Below, one piece after another: positions 21,431-31,470 of a stretch of DNA of 64,000 nucleotides; the stretch's first letter is position 1, and every line of letters starts with the position of its first letter. The DNA comes from a virus. The translations under genes were made by a program, and so were the position numbers. The notes under the pieces were generated by a model, which was not told the DNA's origin, made no database searches, and was given only the letters and a program-made list of their open reading frames with translations. The DNA is taken from the IMG/VR virus record IMGVR_UViG_3300046096_000285, positions 9,795 through 73,794 of that record. One strand, 5' to 3'.

Positions 21431-21543
21431 ATGAGGCTCCCGTAGGTAGACCTCTCCCTCTACTATTTTACCATTTGCCTGTTGAGTTGTTAGGGTGCTA
21501 GGGTGTAGAGTGTAGGGTATAAACCCTTAAAAGGAGATGCGAA

Positions 21544-21687
21544 ATGGTAGTTTCATTTGTAATTGACTGGACGTCAGTCTGGATTGGCGCTGCTGTAACA
21601 GTGGCCCTAGAGTTCGTAGCGTTGGTTATTGTGGCTTCGGTTACTTACCGTAAGCAGAAGCGTTCTAGTAAGCGCCGTGTGCTGTAG
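21544..21687 (+). CDS. Small single-TM protein (47 aa)
   Basis: AAGGAG RBS, hydrophobic core, basic tail, terminator at 21705-21738. Confidence 0.55.
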   Translation: MVVSFVIDWTSVWIGAAVTVALEFVALVIVASVTYRKQKRSSKRRVL

Positions 21688-21738
21688 TTTGACTTAGCTA
21701 GCCCTTAAACCCTCTTGCCTTCGGCAAGGGGGTTTTTG

Positions 21739-22002
21739 CTACTCGTCTTCGTACTCTTCTTCTTCTTCTTCATGATCTTTCCCCCACGCCATTCGTCTTA
21801 CGGTGTGGAGAAGGTCTACTACTTCAATGGTGAGAGCCTCTGTAGCTAGAAGAAGGTCTGCTTTGTGCTCTGGGTCTTCTGGGGAGTCTAGTTCGTAGTG
21901 CGTCTCTTGGACTGCGTACTGGCATAGGGTGAGCCTGTGGAGAGCGCGTTCTAGTGGACTGCGTGGGTCTGGTGTCGAAACCTCGTACGGCTCTAGCGTC
22001 AT
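21739..22002 (-). CDS. Acidic hypothetical protein
   Basis: ORF ending at bidirectional hairpin. Confidence 0.5.
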   Translation of the reverse strand: MTLEPYEVSTPDPRSPLERALHRLTLCQYAVQETHYELDSPEDPEHKADLLLATEALTIEVVDLLHTVRRMAWGKDHEEEEEEYEDE

Positions 22003-22020
22003 GAAACTATTGTAAAACAA

Positions 22021-22570
22021 AACTAAACAATCGTAAGGAGCTGGGATATGTAAAGCAACTTCGAATGAAGGTTCGTTGGAAGTTAAGTGGAAAAGTGGAT
22101 AGTTTTTAAAAACTTTTTAAAATGAAAAAAAAGTAGAGGGCCCTATTTTAAAGGGATTCCGGGGAGGGAAGTATAGCATAGGGAAAGGGGGAACTTAGCA
22201 GGGTTTGAAGTGGAGATGCAAAAAGGTATTAGCAAGAAAATCTTGGCGGTTATTGTTTTTATTTGCTAATAGATGGGAAAGTATTAGCAAGAAAAAAGAA
22301 AAGTTAAGTGGAAAAATCTGCTAATACCGACGTCTTAAACGTATTAAATTAATTAACTAGCTGTTTTAGTAGTACGCGCGTAGTAATTCTTTCCGGGGGT
22401 AGTAGTAAAAACAGCCAGTTCATTGAAATAATTTGTTTAAGTAGTGATTTAAGTTCTAATTAACTTGAAAATAAGATAGAATAAGAGTTGAAACAGAGAT
22501 AAACTGTGCAGAACAGCAGGATAAGAAAACTGTGTATTTGACATTTGATTTGTCAAGTTTGCATTTAGGA
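22021..22570. other. AT-rich non-coding region with direct and inverted repeats
   Basis: AAGTTAAGTGGAAAA x2, GTATTAGCAAGAAAA x2 plus two inverted TGCTAATA; strand switch. Confidence 0.6.
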
Positions 22571-22571
22571 G

Positions 22572-23054
22572 TTGGAAATGGAAGTTGGAATGGGACTGGT
22601 TGGAAAGAATGGGTCGGAAGATCCTTTTGCTTTCTTTGACTTCACGGAGACGGAAGTTGAAGAAGAGATGGAACGAGTGACGGCTGCAGCAAAAGCACGC
22701 GGAACTGTTTGTATGTGTGGACATCCTTCAGGGCGTCATACAGAAGAGGTTGGCGTATACAGTTGCTCGGCTGGTAAGTACACTTGCCCGTGTAAGAAGT
22801 TGAAGCCGGTTATAGAAGTTGATAACGCAAGAATCTTCCTACGTAAGACTACGGGACCTGGAACTCAGCATGCCTTGGCTCAAGGAATGTTGAGTGCAAT
22901 AAAGGCTGGTCAGGAAATCTCGTGGCTTATCGAACAGAAGTGCGACAAGTGTGATGTCCCTGGGGCAGTAGCACCATGTCCTGTAAATCAACGTGGAGTA
23001 GTTATGGATGAGGCAACTGGGTATGACGTGTTGCTTTGCCGTGATTGCCGTTAG
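22572..23054 (+). CDS. Cys-rich zinc-binding protein
   Basis: C.CGH...H, C..C pairs. Confidence 0.6.
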   Translation: MEMEVGMGLVGKNGSEDPFAFFDFTETEVEEEMERVTAAAKARGTVCMCGHPSGRHTEEVGVYSCSAGKYTCPCKKLKPVIEVDNARIFLRKTTGPGTQHALAQGMLSAIKAGQEISWLIEQKCDKCDVPGAVAPCPVNQRGVVMDEATGYDVLLCRDCR

Positions 23055-23075
23055 TTAGTTAGTTAGGAGTTAGAA

Positions 23076-23327
23076 ATGTTTAAGAATGAAGCAGCACGAA
23101 AGATCGAAGAGCATATTGCATTGCTTGTTGACTACGATGTTCTGGACGCAAGGGTGGCGGATACGCTCACTGAGTATGTCTGGAAGATTATTGGCGAAGT
23201 AGATGAAGTCGTCAATGTTGACAAGGATGAGGAACAGGCTATAAGCTTGGCTGGTTGGGAATGGATTTTAAAGAACTACAACAACCAAAATGAAAACGAA
23301 GATGGAGAGAACAATGGGAATCTTTAA
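23076..23327 (+). CDS. Hypothetical protein
   Basis: AGGAG RBS. Confidence 0.55.
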   Translation: MFKNEAARKIEEHIALLVDYDVLDARVADTLTEYVWKIIGEVDEVVNVDKDEEQAISLAGWEWILKNYNNQNENEDGENNGNL

Positions 23328-23748
23328 CAAGATTATTAAGAAGCTTCGCGGTGGAGCAGCAGCACCGAATGAGCATGGCCCAGCAGTACAGGCTGCAAAG
23401 CTACGCGCTAAGGAAGTAGCAGCAACGGATGCTTTGATTGACAGTGCAAAGCCAAAGGTAAAGGTTCAGGTTGTTAAGGCAACTGTTGGAACTAACCCAG
23501 GTTGTGCATGTGGCGGTCAGTGTGGTTGCAAGCCAAAAACTGCGCCAAAGACTAAGGCGGCAGATACTTACACCGCTGAAGTTAAGAAGGCTGCCGTCAA
23601 GAAGGCAGCAACTCCTGCACCTAGTGCAAAGAAGCCAGTAGCTAAGACTACTGAGAAGAAGATTGCGATTGCTAAGGACTTGGCAGATGAGCCAGTCGTT
23701 GCTAAGAAGCCAGTTGCTAAGAAGCCTGCACCAAAGAAGGCGAAGTAG
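23314..23748 (+). CDS. Lys/Ala/Pro-rich histone-like protein
   Basis: AKKP repeats; CACGGQCGC. Confidence 0.6.
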   Translation: MGIFNKIIKKLRGGAAAPNEHGPAVQAAKLRAKEVAATDALIDSAKPKVKVQVVKATVGTNPGCACGGQCGCKPKTAPKTKAADTYTAEVKKAAVKKAATPAPSAKKPVAKTTEKKIAIAKDLADEPVVAKKPVAKKPAPKKAK

Positions 23749-23750
23749 TC

Positions 23751-23936
23751 ATGGCAAAAAGGGAAGTAGCTGACTATATTTTGGTTTCAGCAGGATCTGC
23801 AGAAGAGTTGACTGTTCATACTCATAACCACATTATTGACGATTACGAACCATTTGGTGCACCATTCTCGGCAACATTTCATGACGGCAGCATTGGATTC
23901 TATCAAGCTGTGGTTAAGTATGCAGATCGATACTAA
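23751..23936 (+). CDS. Small protein (DUF1737-like)
   Basis: Y.....L...V.....YEPFGAPF...FYQAVVK pattern. Confidence 0.5.
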   Translation: MAKREVADYILVSAGSAEELTVHTHNHIIDDYEPFGAPFSATFHDGSIGFYQAVVKYADRY

Positions 23937-24060
23937 TAAGCCAGCCCCGAAAAAGAAGTAAGGGCACAACTCCGTAACCTAACTAAGGTTGCCTTAAACG
24001 GAGTTGCAGAAACGGGTCCACCAACTTGCGGTGTGGGCCCGTTTTTGTTATGCTGGGGGA

Positions 24061-24555
24061 ATGAGTGAGATTATGCCAGAGGATTTGGTTACGCGGGAGG
24101 AAGCAGCGAAGGCTGTGTATGTGACCGAAGCGATGGTGTCGTACTGGACTCGCAAGGGTCGGGCGAATAAGTACTTTGTTCTAGGGAACAAGAAAGAGTT
24201 TCTCGTAAGCATGGCTGAGATTGTTTACGCAAGTCATTGGCGTGAGAATGAGATTGCCAGGATTACATCAGGGGAGTATGACTCAGTAGGGCGAATGATT
24301 ACTCGGGCTGAAGCAGCAGAGTTGCTGTATGTGTCCGAGCCTCAGATTAGCAACTACTGTCGACGTGGATATTTAACTAGGCACTACCTGCTAGACAATA
24401 AGAAAACTTACTTCCTAGAACTTGATGAAGTTCTGCAAGTTACAATGAAGCGAAAGAAAGTCGAAGAGAAGCGCGTCCATGATTTGAAGATGCGCTACTG
24501 GGAGAATCCATTTCCACGAGATGAGCGAGGGCAGCGATTTGTCAAGCACGGATGA
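24061..24555 (+). CDS. Tandem HTH DNA-binding protein
   Basis: Two repeats (L/M)(V/I)TR.EAA..(V/L)YV(T/S)E..(V/I)S. Confidence 0.7.
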   Translation: MSEIMPEDLVTREEAAKAVYVTEAMVSYWTRKGRANKYFVLGNKKEFLVSMAEIVYASHWRENEIARITSGEYDSVGRMITRAEAAELLYVSEPQISNYCRRGYLTRHYLLDNKKTYFLELDEVLQVTMKRKKVEEKRVHDLKMRYWENPFPRDERGQRFVKHG

Positions 24556-24559
24556 GCCA

Positions 24560-24802
24560 ATGGTTAAGATTACGGTTGCAGCAGATGAGGTCGGAGTCTC
24601 GTACAAAACTTTGTACAACTGGATTGAAGACGGCTCGCTTCCATTAGCCCACCCCGGCTATGTGAGGATGTCGGATGTCCACCGAGCCATGATGATTAAG
24701 CAGAACACTAAGTCCAACTGGTCTCGTAAGAATGCCAGTTATGTAGCCCGAGATGTAAACGGTAGGTTCAAGTTGCTCAATGGAAAGCTCAACGGCAAGT
24801 AG
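24560..24802 (+). CDS. Excisionase-like HTH protein
   Basis: AADEVGVSYKTLYNWIEDGSL. Confidence 0.7.
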   Translation: MVKITVAADEVGVSYKTLYNWIEDGSLPLAHPGYVRMSDVHRAMMIKQNTKSNWSRKNASYVARDVNGRFKLLNGKLNGK

Positions 24803-25041
24803 TAATGTAGCAGGCTTGACGGATTAGTCAAAGAGGGTAACTTGTTACTGCAAGGAGCAAAACCCTTCCGTCTCCCTATCCACGCGCTAAAAAAACTTTT
24901 CAAGCTTCGTTCTCTCCGAACTCAACTTCGAACGAGTATCGTAAAATTAATAGGACGGTGGATCGTTTGCAAGTCCTCTCCCCGGTTGAATGGTCCACCG
25001 TCGCTTAACAACTAACTTCCAACGGAGAGAACCGACGAACG

Positions 25042-25926
25042 ATGTTTGACAAAGAAGACGAAGACGAACTTCCCGAAATCCAGGATGACGAACCGATCGA
25101 TCTTAGGGTTGACCTAAGCGGCCTGGGTATAGACGAAGTTGATAAAGGCGTCTGCGAGGACAACTACACTAACCGTGGTATACTTCGTAAAGCTCGCATG
25201 TCCTGGGATCCGGTCTACTCAACTAACGGAGTACCTACCGGACTGATTAGGGCCCGCTCTCAAGAATCAATGGCCGAGCGTCGCTTGATGACACTTGCCG
25301 AGAAGCGGCCAGTGCTTTCAGTTCCAACGGATAATAACTCCGACTACCTAACCGGCCTGGATCTACTAGTTGAAGAAGCATCGGATTATCTAGTTCCGCC
25401 TTGGGTTATCCACAGTACCCGCCTCTATCTCAAAGAGCAGGAGAATGGTGGTCCGGCGAGCGCTAAACGTCAACCACTTGCCCAACCTCATCGATGCCGA
25501 CAGATCAAGAGCGACGGTATCCGCTGCCTACTTTGGAGTTCGGGACGTCCAAAGGATGACGGCCTGTGTAGAGTACATTTGCGATCAGCGAAACATAAGA
25601 CATCCGATGACATCGAACGAGCTCGTACGAAGTTGATGCAAGCTGCACCTTACGCAGTTGACAAGCTTGAAGATCTAATGATGAACGCAGAGAGTGAACC
25701 GGTTCAGCTCAAAGCTGCAACGGAGATCCTTGACCGAGCTGGTGTACGTGGTGGTGTTGAGATCGACACGACGGTGAACATTGATGTGCGGCCAGCAGCT
25801 TCAGTAATAGCCGAGCGACTTGACCGTCTTGCTCAAGGAGCGATCGCAAATGCTGCTAGACTAACCGCAGCTACTGAAGAAGTAGTTGACGCTGAAGTTG
25901 TAACGGAGCCTGCCAAGAATGAATGA
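25042..25926 (+). CDS. Possible terminase small subunit
   Basis: C...K.DG.RC...C..H then AVDKL.DLM..AESE.V.LKAA.EILDRAG, typical of actinophage TerS-like proteins. Confidence 0.5.
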   Translation: MFDKEDEDELPEIQDDEPIDLRVDLSGLGIDEVDKGVCEDNYTNRGILRKARMSWDPVYSTNGVPTGLIRARSQESMAERRLMTLAEKRPVLSVPTDNNSDYLTGLDLLVEEASDYLVPPWVIHSTRLYLKEQENGGPASAKRQPLAQPHRCRQIKSDGIRCLLWSSGRPKDDGLCRVHLRSAKHKTSDDIERARTKLMQAAPYAVDKLEDLMMNAESEPVQLKAATEILDRAGVRGGVEIDTTVNIDVRPAASVIAERLDRLAQGAIANAARLTAATEEVVDAEVVTEPAKNE

Positions 25927-26110
25927 AGAACTTAACCAAATAACGGAAGCGGCCCGCGCACTTTACACGAACCTAAAAGCGGATATCCAGAATGCCGGTA
26001 CCCGCGTCGAGCACATCAGATTAACCGCACTGACTCAGGAAGCTGCGAATCTTCTAACGGAGCTCGAGAACATGGGATCAGCTTCCAACGAAGAGTCTTC
26101 TGCAGCATAA
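25919..26110 (+). CDS. Hypothetical protein
   Basis: Coupled ORF. Confidence 0.5.
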   Translation: MNEELNQITEAARALYTNLKADIQNAGTRVEHIRLTALTQEAANLLTELENMGSASNEESSAA

Positions 26111-26137
26111 CGGCCAACACTGTGATAGACTTCACAC

Positions 26138-26986
26138 GTGAACAGCTCAGCTGAAGTTTTTGTCCAGACGGCCCGGAAGTATGTTGGTTATACTTCCGAG
26201 CTACTTGGGCGCAACAGTTTCGGCGAGCGCGTAGGTTATAACACGACGGTCTGGTCTGGGGCATTCATTGATGTGATCGCCCGGGAGAGCGGCCTGGACA
26301 TACCGTCATTCGTTTATAGTCCTGCAGCGCTCGCCGAATTCTTACGTAACGGCCAGGTTGTAAAGACACCGCGGCCAGGGGACATCGCGATCTTTAACTT
26401 CGCATCAACATCAACACATGCGGCGAGCGCCTTCAATAGCCCGCACTGCGGGATTGTTACTGACGTCCGCCATCTTTCAACCAACGGTCAGTTCGTTACA
26501 GTGGAAGCTAATACGACGGGTACCCAATACCAGCAGCAAGACGGAATCTACGTAAAGCTTCGCCATCTAACGGATGTTGTTACCTTCTGCCGGCCTGCCA
26601 CTTTCAACGGACCTGTTCGTAAGTTGTTAGCAGCTGCCCGCCGATCCGGCCTGCAACTTCTAACGAAGGTTAAACGGATCTTCAACCAGGAGCTCAAGCT
26701 CGAGCTAGATCAGATCCAGGAAGCGGCCAGCTTACAACCAACGGTTGATATAAAGATGATCCGGCCTGCAACTAAGAACAAGCAGATAGCTGCAGTGCAG
26801 CTCGCACTTTCAACGGTTGTTGATTTGATCGGAGCTGAGCAAGGAAAGTGGGACCAGGTCACGGCGAGCGCCTTCGCTAGGTTCCAACGAAACATTGGAC
26901 GTGTCGGATCGGATGCATCGGGGATGCCAGATCTACAGACTTTGCAACGGCTGGCTAAAGACACCGGCATGTTCCAGGTAAGCTAG
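26138..26986 (+). CDS. CHAP-fold cell-wall hydrolase-like protein with PG-binding domain
   Basis: ARKYVGY, PRPGDIAIF, HCGIV, TVEANT; C-terminal T..A..RFQ; expected catalytic Cys is Ser. Confidence 0.72.
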   Translation: MNSSAEVFVQTARKYVGYTSELLGRNSFGERVGYNTTVWSGAFIDVIARESGLDIPSFVYSPAALAEFLRNGQVVKTPRPGDIAIFNFASTSTHAASAFNSPHCGIVTDVRHLSTNGQFVTVEANTTGTQYQQQDGIYVKLRHLTDVVTFCRPATFNGPVRKLLAAARRSGLQLLTKVKRIFNQELKLELDQIQEAASLQPTVDIKMIRPATKNKQIAAVQLALSTVVDLIGAEQGKWDQVTASAFARFQRNIGRVGSDASGMPDLQTLQRLAKDTGMFQVS

Positions 26987-27072
26987 CTCCAACTTCTAAC
27001 GAAGAGATGGAAGCTGCGGCCCGCCCCTAAGGCCGGCTTGCATTCTGAACCAGGTCCTGCTAACATCGACGT

Positions 27073-27240
27073 ATGAAACAATTCACATACCACGTAAACT
27101 GCAGCGGACTCTGTACTGTAGACCGGATCACGATCCAAGCTTTCAACGAAGAAGACGCTGTTCAGAAGTTGCTAGCTGCGACACTGAACGGCGAGCACTT
27201 CAGTAACCCGCGGCTTGAACGCGTCGAAGGAAGGGACTAA
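27073..27240 (+). CDS. Small hypothetical protein (55 aa)
   Basis: Directly after TTGCAT..TAACAT promoter-like sequence, likely leaderless. Confidence 0.45.
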   Translation: MKQFTYHVNCSGLCTVDRITIQAFNEEDAVQKLLAATLNGEHFSNPRLERVEGRD

Positions 27241-27242
27241 CC

Positions 27243-27719
27243 ATGGCTAAAGGCAAGGAAGCAATCGCTGCAGAGAAGCGACGGAATGCTGAGCTACTAG
27301 AGAAGCAATCAGAGTTGATGATTCGGATCGCAGAACTTAAGACGGAGAACGTCACCCTTCATGAGAAGGTGCGGGCCCTGGAAGTGCAGCATGATCGAGC
27401 AATTAGAACCGGCACGCTTCTCACTGAACGCGACGAAGCCATCGCGCAGGCAAACGGCATGCAAGATGAACTTGCGATGTGGAAGGCCCGCGCTATCATG
27501 TTTGCTGAAGCTGCAGTGTCCGAAGAAAATGTCAACACGATCAAACTTCCAGTCGAAGCTTTCGGAGTACTTGCGGACCTCGGACTAGCGCCTGAGGCAC
27601 TGAAGAGGAATCGACAGCAGCGACGTTCAGTCAAGTCCGAGGCCAGGTTCCAAAAGCAGGAGCGGCTAGCCCGCGAATATCACAAGCTGGAGAAGACTGT
27701 TCCAATGATTGACATTTAA
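27243..27719 (+). CDS. Coiled-coil protein
   Basis: Heptad pattern. Confidence 0.55.
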   Translation: MAKGKEAIAAEKRRNAELLEKQSELMIRIAELKTENVTLHEKVRALEVQHDRAIRTGTLLTERDEAIAQANGMQDELAMWKARAIMFAEAAVSEENVNTIKLPVEAFGVLADLGLAPEALKRNRQQRRSVKSEARFQKQERLAREYHKLEKTVPMIDI

Positions 27720-27921
27720 TCATCGGCATGCTAAGCTGAACAAACAACCAACGAAAGGGGATCCCCATGGATCGCGAAGAAGTAGCAGTAATACTAGACA
27801 CTCTGATCAAACAAGCGGAGCGTGCACTGCAGGTTTTGGAAGACGAGACCGACGATCGAATTCAGGCACGCGTACGTGTGATGACCACTACGGTCACCGA
27901 CCTACAGAACGAGGTGCACTA

Positions 27922-28152
27922 ATGCAGTCAAAGCATGTTAAAGCGGTACCCGACGAGCTGCGCTTCTGTGCGGCATGCGGATACGAGGGCTCGCCAAACG
28001 CTGGCCCGTCCGATGACCTTCGCTTCTACGGGACTGAACTACTTCACCCGATATGCCGCGAAGAGATGGGGTTCCTGCTAACGGAGTTCACCAAGGCGGG
28101 CTCGGTTACTGAGGACGACGCAGCGGACCTATTGCGACGGATCCAGCTCTAA
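27922..28152 (+). CDS. Small zinc-finger protein
   Basis: GAGGTG RBS; CAAC..HPIC. Confidence 0.5.
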   Translation: MQSKHVKAVPDELRFCAACGYEGSPNAGPSDDLRFYGTELLHPICREEMGFLLTEFTKAGSVTEDDAADLLRRIQL

Positions 28153-28221
28153 CTTCCAACGAACGGCATGCGGCGAGCGCCTCTCCAAATCAACATCTCA
28201 GTAACGGGGTAACATAACCTC

Positions 28222-28527
28222 ATGAGAAGTTTAGAGATCCACGTATTCGAGACCGATGCCGATTTGGATAGCGGCGTGCTTGGCGGCCTGCTGACCGTCG
28301 AGGACCTAGATGCCGTAGCATGCACTGCGTGCTTGGACGAAGTCGGACACACTAACGGATCCTTCGTAAGCTACACGACTGTGCTTGATGACGTCGATCA
28401 GTGGTACCTTTGCATTCCATGTACTGGAGCAGTACTCGAGCCATCAGCTGCAGCGATCGATGAACCGATCTATCTTCTTGACGTCGACGACGAGGAATTC
28501 GAAACTTTCGACCTAACGGATGACTAG
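28222..28527 (+). CDS. Acidic zinc-finger protein
   Basis: CTAC..CIPC. Confidence 0.55.
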   Translation: MRSLEIHVFETDADLDSGVLGGLLTVEDLDAVACTACLDEVGHTNGSFVSYTTVLDDVDQWYLCIPCTGAVLEPSAAAIDEPIYLLDVDDEEFETFDLTDD

Positions 28528-28653
28528 CTAGTAGCTCAGCTCCTTCCCAACTTCCAACGAAGCCTGGGACCTGAATGCTGAATTTAGTCCCGTATTCATT
28601 TTTTCAATACACGTATTCATTTTTTCACAAGAGCAAAACACCCGCTGCGTGAT

Positions 28654-28682
28654 TTGACTCGCCGAACCTTTTCTGCTAAGTT
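28654..28682 (+). promoter_or_regulatory. Sigma70-type promoter of first cassette (representative of ~20)
   Basis: TTGACT-17-TAAGTT; equivalent TTGnnn-16/18-TAnnnT follows nearly every 13-mer. Confidence 0.8.
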
Positions 28683-28709
28683 TGACCTAAGCAATGAAAG
28701 GACGGAAAA

Positions 28710-29240
28710 ATGCACGTTGCGCACATACTGCTTGTTCAAGCAGACTCAGCAGAGGACGCCTTTGAGAGGGTCGAAAGCGAACTATCACCAACTGACTATG
28801 GAGTTCGACCAGAGTGGTCAGACTGGCACAATGCCAACAACTCAGCAGAGATGAACTTTGCTGGTCGTTGGACTGGTTCATTCTTCAAGAGCGATAAAGA
28901 GGACGAGCCAAACCCAAACCACCTTTGCTACGCAGATGACAAGGCGCTCGCAGAAAGTGTTATCTCTGACCAGTTAGCCATGCGTGACGCGGAGATTGCC
29001 AACATTAGAAAGAACATGGTTTCAGACCTTTCTACTGTCACAATCAACCACTACGCAGAAAAGTGGAACATGGATTACTGGTATACCCAGAAGTTCCTCA
29101 AGTTGGCAGATAACGAGTGGACTCCAGACTCATACATTTATGACCTAGAAACCAGCACAGCGTCACTTCACTGGTTCATGGAGCGTGTCATGCTCGTGCC
29201 AAAGAAGCAGTTTCTGGTTCCTGTGGACTTCCATTATTAG
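28710..29240 (+). CDS. Hypothetical phage protein
   Basis: GRWTG and LVPVDFHY motifs; AAGGACGG RBS. Confidence 0.7.
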   Translation: MHVAHILLVQADSAEDAFERVESELSPTDYGVRPEWSDWHNANNSAEMNFAGRWTGSFFKSDKEDEPNPNHLCYADDKALAESVISDQLAMRDAEIANIRKNMVSDLSTVTINHYAEKWNMDYWYTQKFLKLADNEWTPDSYIYDLETSTASLHWFMERVMLVPKKQFLVPVDFHY

Positions 29241-29269
29241 AAGTGGAGAAGTGGTGATACACTTTTCTT

Positions 29270-29725
29270 ATGAAATCAATAGACAGATTTACAACTAAAT
29301 ACAAAATCAATCTAGAAACAGGCTGCTGGGACTGGATAGCAGGGACATCGGCTGGGTATGGAGCGTTCGCGTACGAGCGCGGCAAAAAAGCCCATAGATT
29401 CTCGTACGAATACCACAACAACACCATTCTCGGCGAACTGACTATCGACCACTTATGTAGGAATACACTGTGCGTAAATCCAGAACACTTAGAGGCAGTA
29501 CCTAAGGGGGAGAACTCTAGGCGCAGAAATCTCAACCACACCTATAAGAAAAAAGAAGTCTGTAAGAATGGACACTTCATAGGAAAAAATGAATACGTCA
29601 GACCAGATGGCTACTCTGAGTGCCTACTATGTAGGAGTGATAGAGGTAAGGCTTATAGGGAGAAGCATGGAGACGAGCATAGAGCCAAACTTCGTAAGTA
29701 TTACCACGACAAAAAAAATAAATAA
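29270..29725 (+). CDS. HNH endonuclease
   Basis: GCWDW, AHRFSY, DHLCRNTLCVNPEHLEAV..EN, CKNGH. Confidence 0.92.
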   Translation: MKSIDRFTTKYKINLETGCWDWIAGTSAGYGAFAYERGKKAHRFSYEYHNNTILGELTIDHLCRNTLCVNPEHLEAVPKGENSRRRNLNHTYKKKEVCKNGHFIGKNEYVRPDGYSECLLCRSDRGKAYREKHGDEHRAKLRKYYHDKKNK

Positions 29726-29814
29726 AAAACTTTCAAAATAGACTTGACACTTCGAACGAATGGTGTAAAGTTATCAGTAGGTGGAAATCACCACCCAAAA
29801 AGTAAGGACGGAAA

Positions 29815-30285
29815 ATGACAACAATCGTTGAGCCAGTAGTCGAGACAGGTAAGCCAGCAATCGCTGGTGTTGGTATCTATCTCGAACTCGTGCCAAAGGG
29901 CGACAACCCACACAACAAGACCACCCAGATTTTGTTTACCCCACAAGGTATGACAGAAAAGGGTCAGCCAGTAGGACTCGCCATGATTTCTCGTGAGGTC
30001 TCAACTTGGTCGCCACGCAAGCAATGGAGGCACAACTTCTCTCGCTTGACAGCAGAGCAAGAAGCACTCGCACCAGCAGACCAAGCACTCGCACTAATCG
30101 CTCGTTTCGAGACTTCTCTCAAGCGTGAGATTTACTATGGCTACGAACTACGCAACAAGCCAATCGTTTTCGAAGTTACCAACCTAGACCTCGCCGAGGT
30201 TCTGGACTGGAAAGCACCTGCTTCGGCACTACGCCGAATCCAAAAGGCACGAGTATCTCTCGGCTTTCCAGAGAAGTTAGTTTAG
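29815..30285 (+). CDS. Hypothetical protein
   Basis: TTGACA-17-TAAAGT promoter at 29744; GGACGG RBS. Confidence 0.65.
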   Translation: MTTIVEPVVETGKPAIAGVGIYLELVPKGDNPHNKTTQILFTPQGMTEKGQPVGLAMISREVSTWSPRKQWRHNFSRLTAEQEALAPADQALALIARFETSLKREIYYGYELRNKPIVFEVTNLDLAEVLDWKAPASALRRIQKARVSLGFPEKLV

Positions 30286-30308
30286 TCAAGGAATAGGACG
30301 GAAAAATC

Positions 30309-31349
30309 ATGACTACAACCACAGCAACCCCAGCACCAGCAACACGCTCAATGGACACCATTGAGGTAGACGAACTGTTCGCCAATCTGACAGGTATGCT
30401 TTTCAGCGTGGCTGTTCAGGACAAGGACGCAAGTCTCAAGTCTCCAAATCTCGACTCCCTAATGCCACCTGCCGCTCGTGCTAATCTTAGAGCAAAGGCT
30501 GGCACAGGACAGGTAAAGGTAGCGAAGAAGTCAATGGTCAATGTTGAAGCACTAGAGGGTGTCGAGAAGTATCCTCGCCCAAATGGTCAGGATTACTACG
30601 CTCGCCCTTGGGGTGAACACACAGACATCGAGGTTCTCCGCAAGGCTCGAACTGCTGACCAGTTTGTTCTCCTCTATGGTGCGCCCGGAACTGGTAAGAC
30701 TGCCGCTGTTGAAGCAGCGTTCCCAGACGAACTTTACACAGTCTTGGGTTCAGGCGACACCGAAGTTTCTGACCTCGTTGGAGGGTATGTTCAGACTCCA
30801 AGTGGCGGCTTCGAGTGGGTGGACGGTTCTCTCGTTCGCGCCGCCGAAGAGGGTAAGGTTCTTCTCATTGACGAGATTGGTCTCATTGACCCAAAGGTCT
30901 TGTCAATCGTTTATGGTCTCATGGACGGACGCAGGGAATACACCGTCACAGCGAACCCAGAGCGCGGAACTGTCAAGGCGAAAGAGGGCTTCTATGTAAT
31001 CGCCGCGACTAACCCAAATGCCCCAGGAGTTCGCCTATCAGAGGCGTTGCTATCTCGCTTCTCACTCCAAGTTGAAATGACAACTGACTGGGGTCTTGCC
31101 AAGAAGTTGGGCGTTCCAGTAATCGCTGTAACTGCCGCGCAGAACCTTGCGAAGAAGCAGAGCAATGGAGAAGTTTCTTGGTCTCCACAAATGCGTGAGT
31201 TGCTCAACTTCAAGACAGTCTCGACCTTGTTTGGTTCGAAGTTCGCTGTCGAGAACCTCGCAGGTTCAGCACCAGAACTTGACCGTTCTGTTGTGGTAGA
31301 TGTTCTGACCCGAGTGTTCGGCGAAGAAGTCAAGCCAGCCAAGATTTAG
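30309..31349 (+). CDS. MoxR/CbbQ/NorQ-type AAA+ ATPase
   Basis: GAPGTGKT, LLIDEI, IAATNP, LSEALLSRF. Confidence 0.92.
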   Translation: MTTTTATPAPATRSMDTIEVDELFANLTGMLFSVAVQDKDASLKSPNLDSLMPPAARANLRAKAGTGQVKVAKKSMVNVEALEGVEKYPRPNGQDYYARPWGEHTDIEVLRKARTADQFVLLYGAPGTGKTAAVEAAFPDELYTVLGSGDTEVSDLVGGYVQTPSGGFEWVDGSLVRAAEEGKVLLIDEIGLIDPKVLSIVYGLMDGRREYTVTANPERGTVKAKEGFYVIAATNPNAPGVRLSEALLSRFSLQVEMTTDWGLAKKLGVPVIAVTAAQNLAKKQSNGEVSWSPQMRELLNFKTVSTLFGSKFAVENLAGSAPELDRSVVVDVLTRVFGEEVKPAKI

Positions 31350-31470
31350 CAACACCGTCCGTTGCTAATCGGGGAGTGTCAAAAAAGTTTTCGAATGGAC
31401 TTGACACTCCCCACCCACTTATGCTACTTTGTTGGTAGGACGAAACACCAACACGAATAAAGGACGAAAC

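Noticed and set aside
25406-25414. Single DnaA box
   Set aside because: Isolated copy within a CDS, compatible with chance
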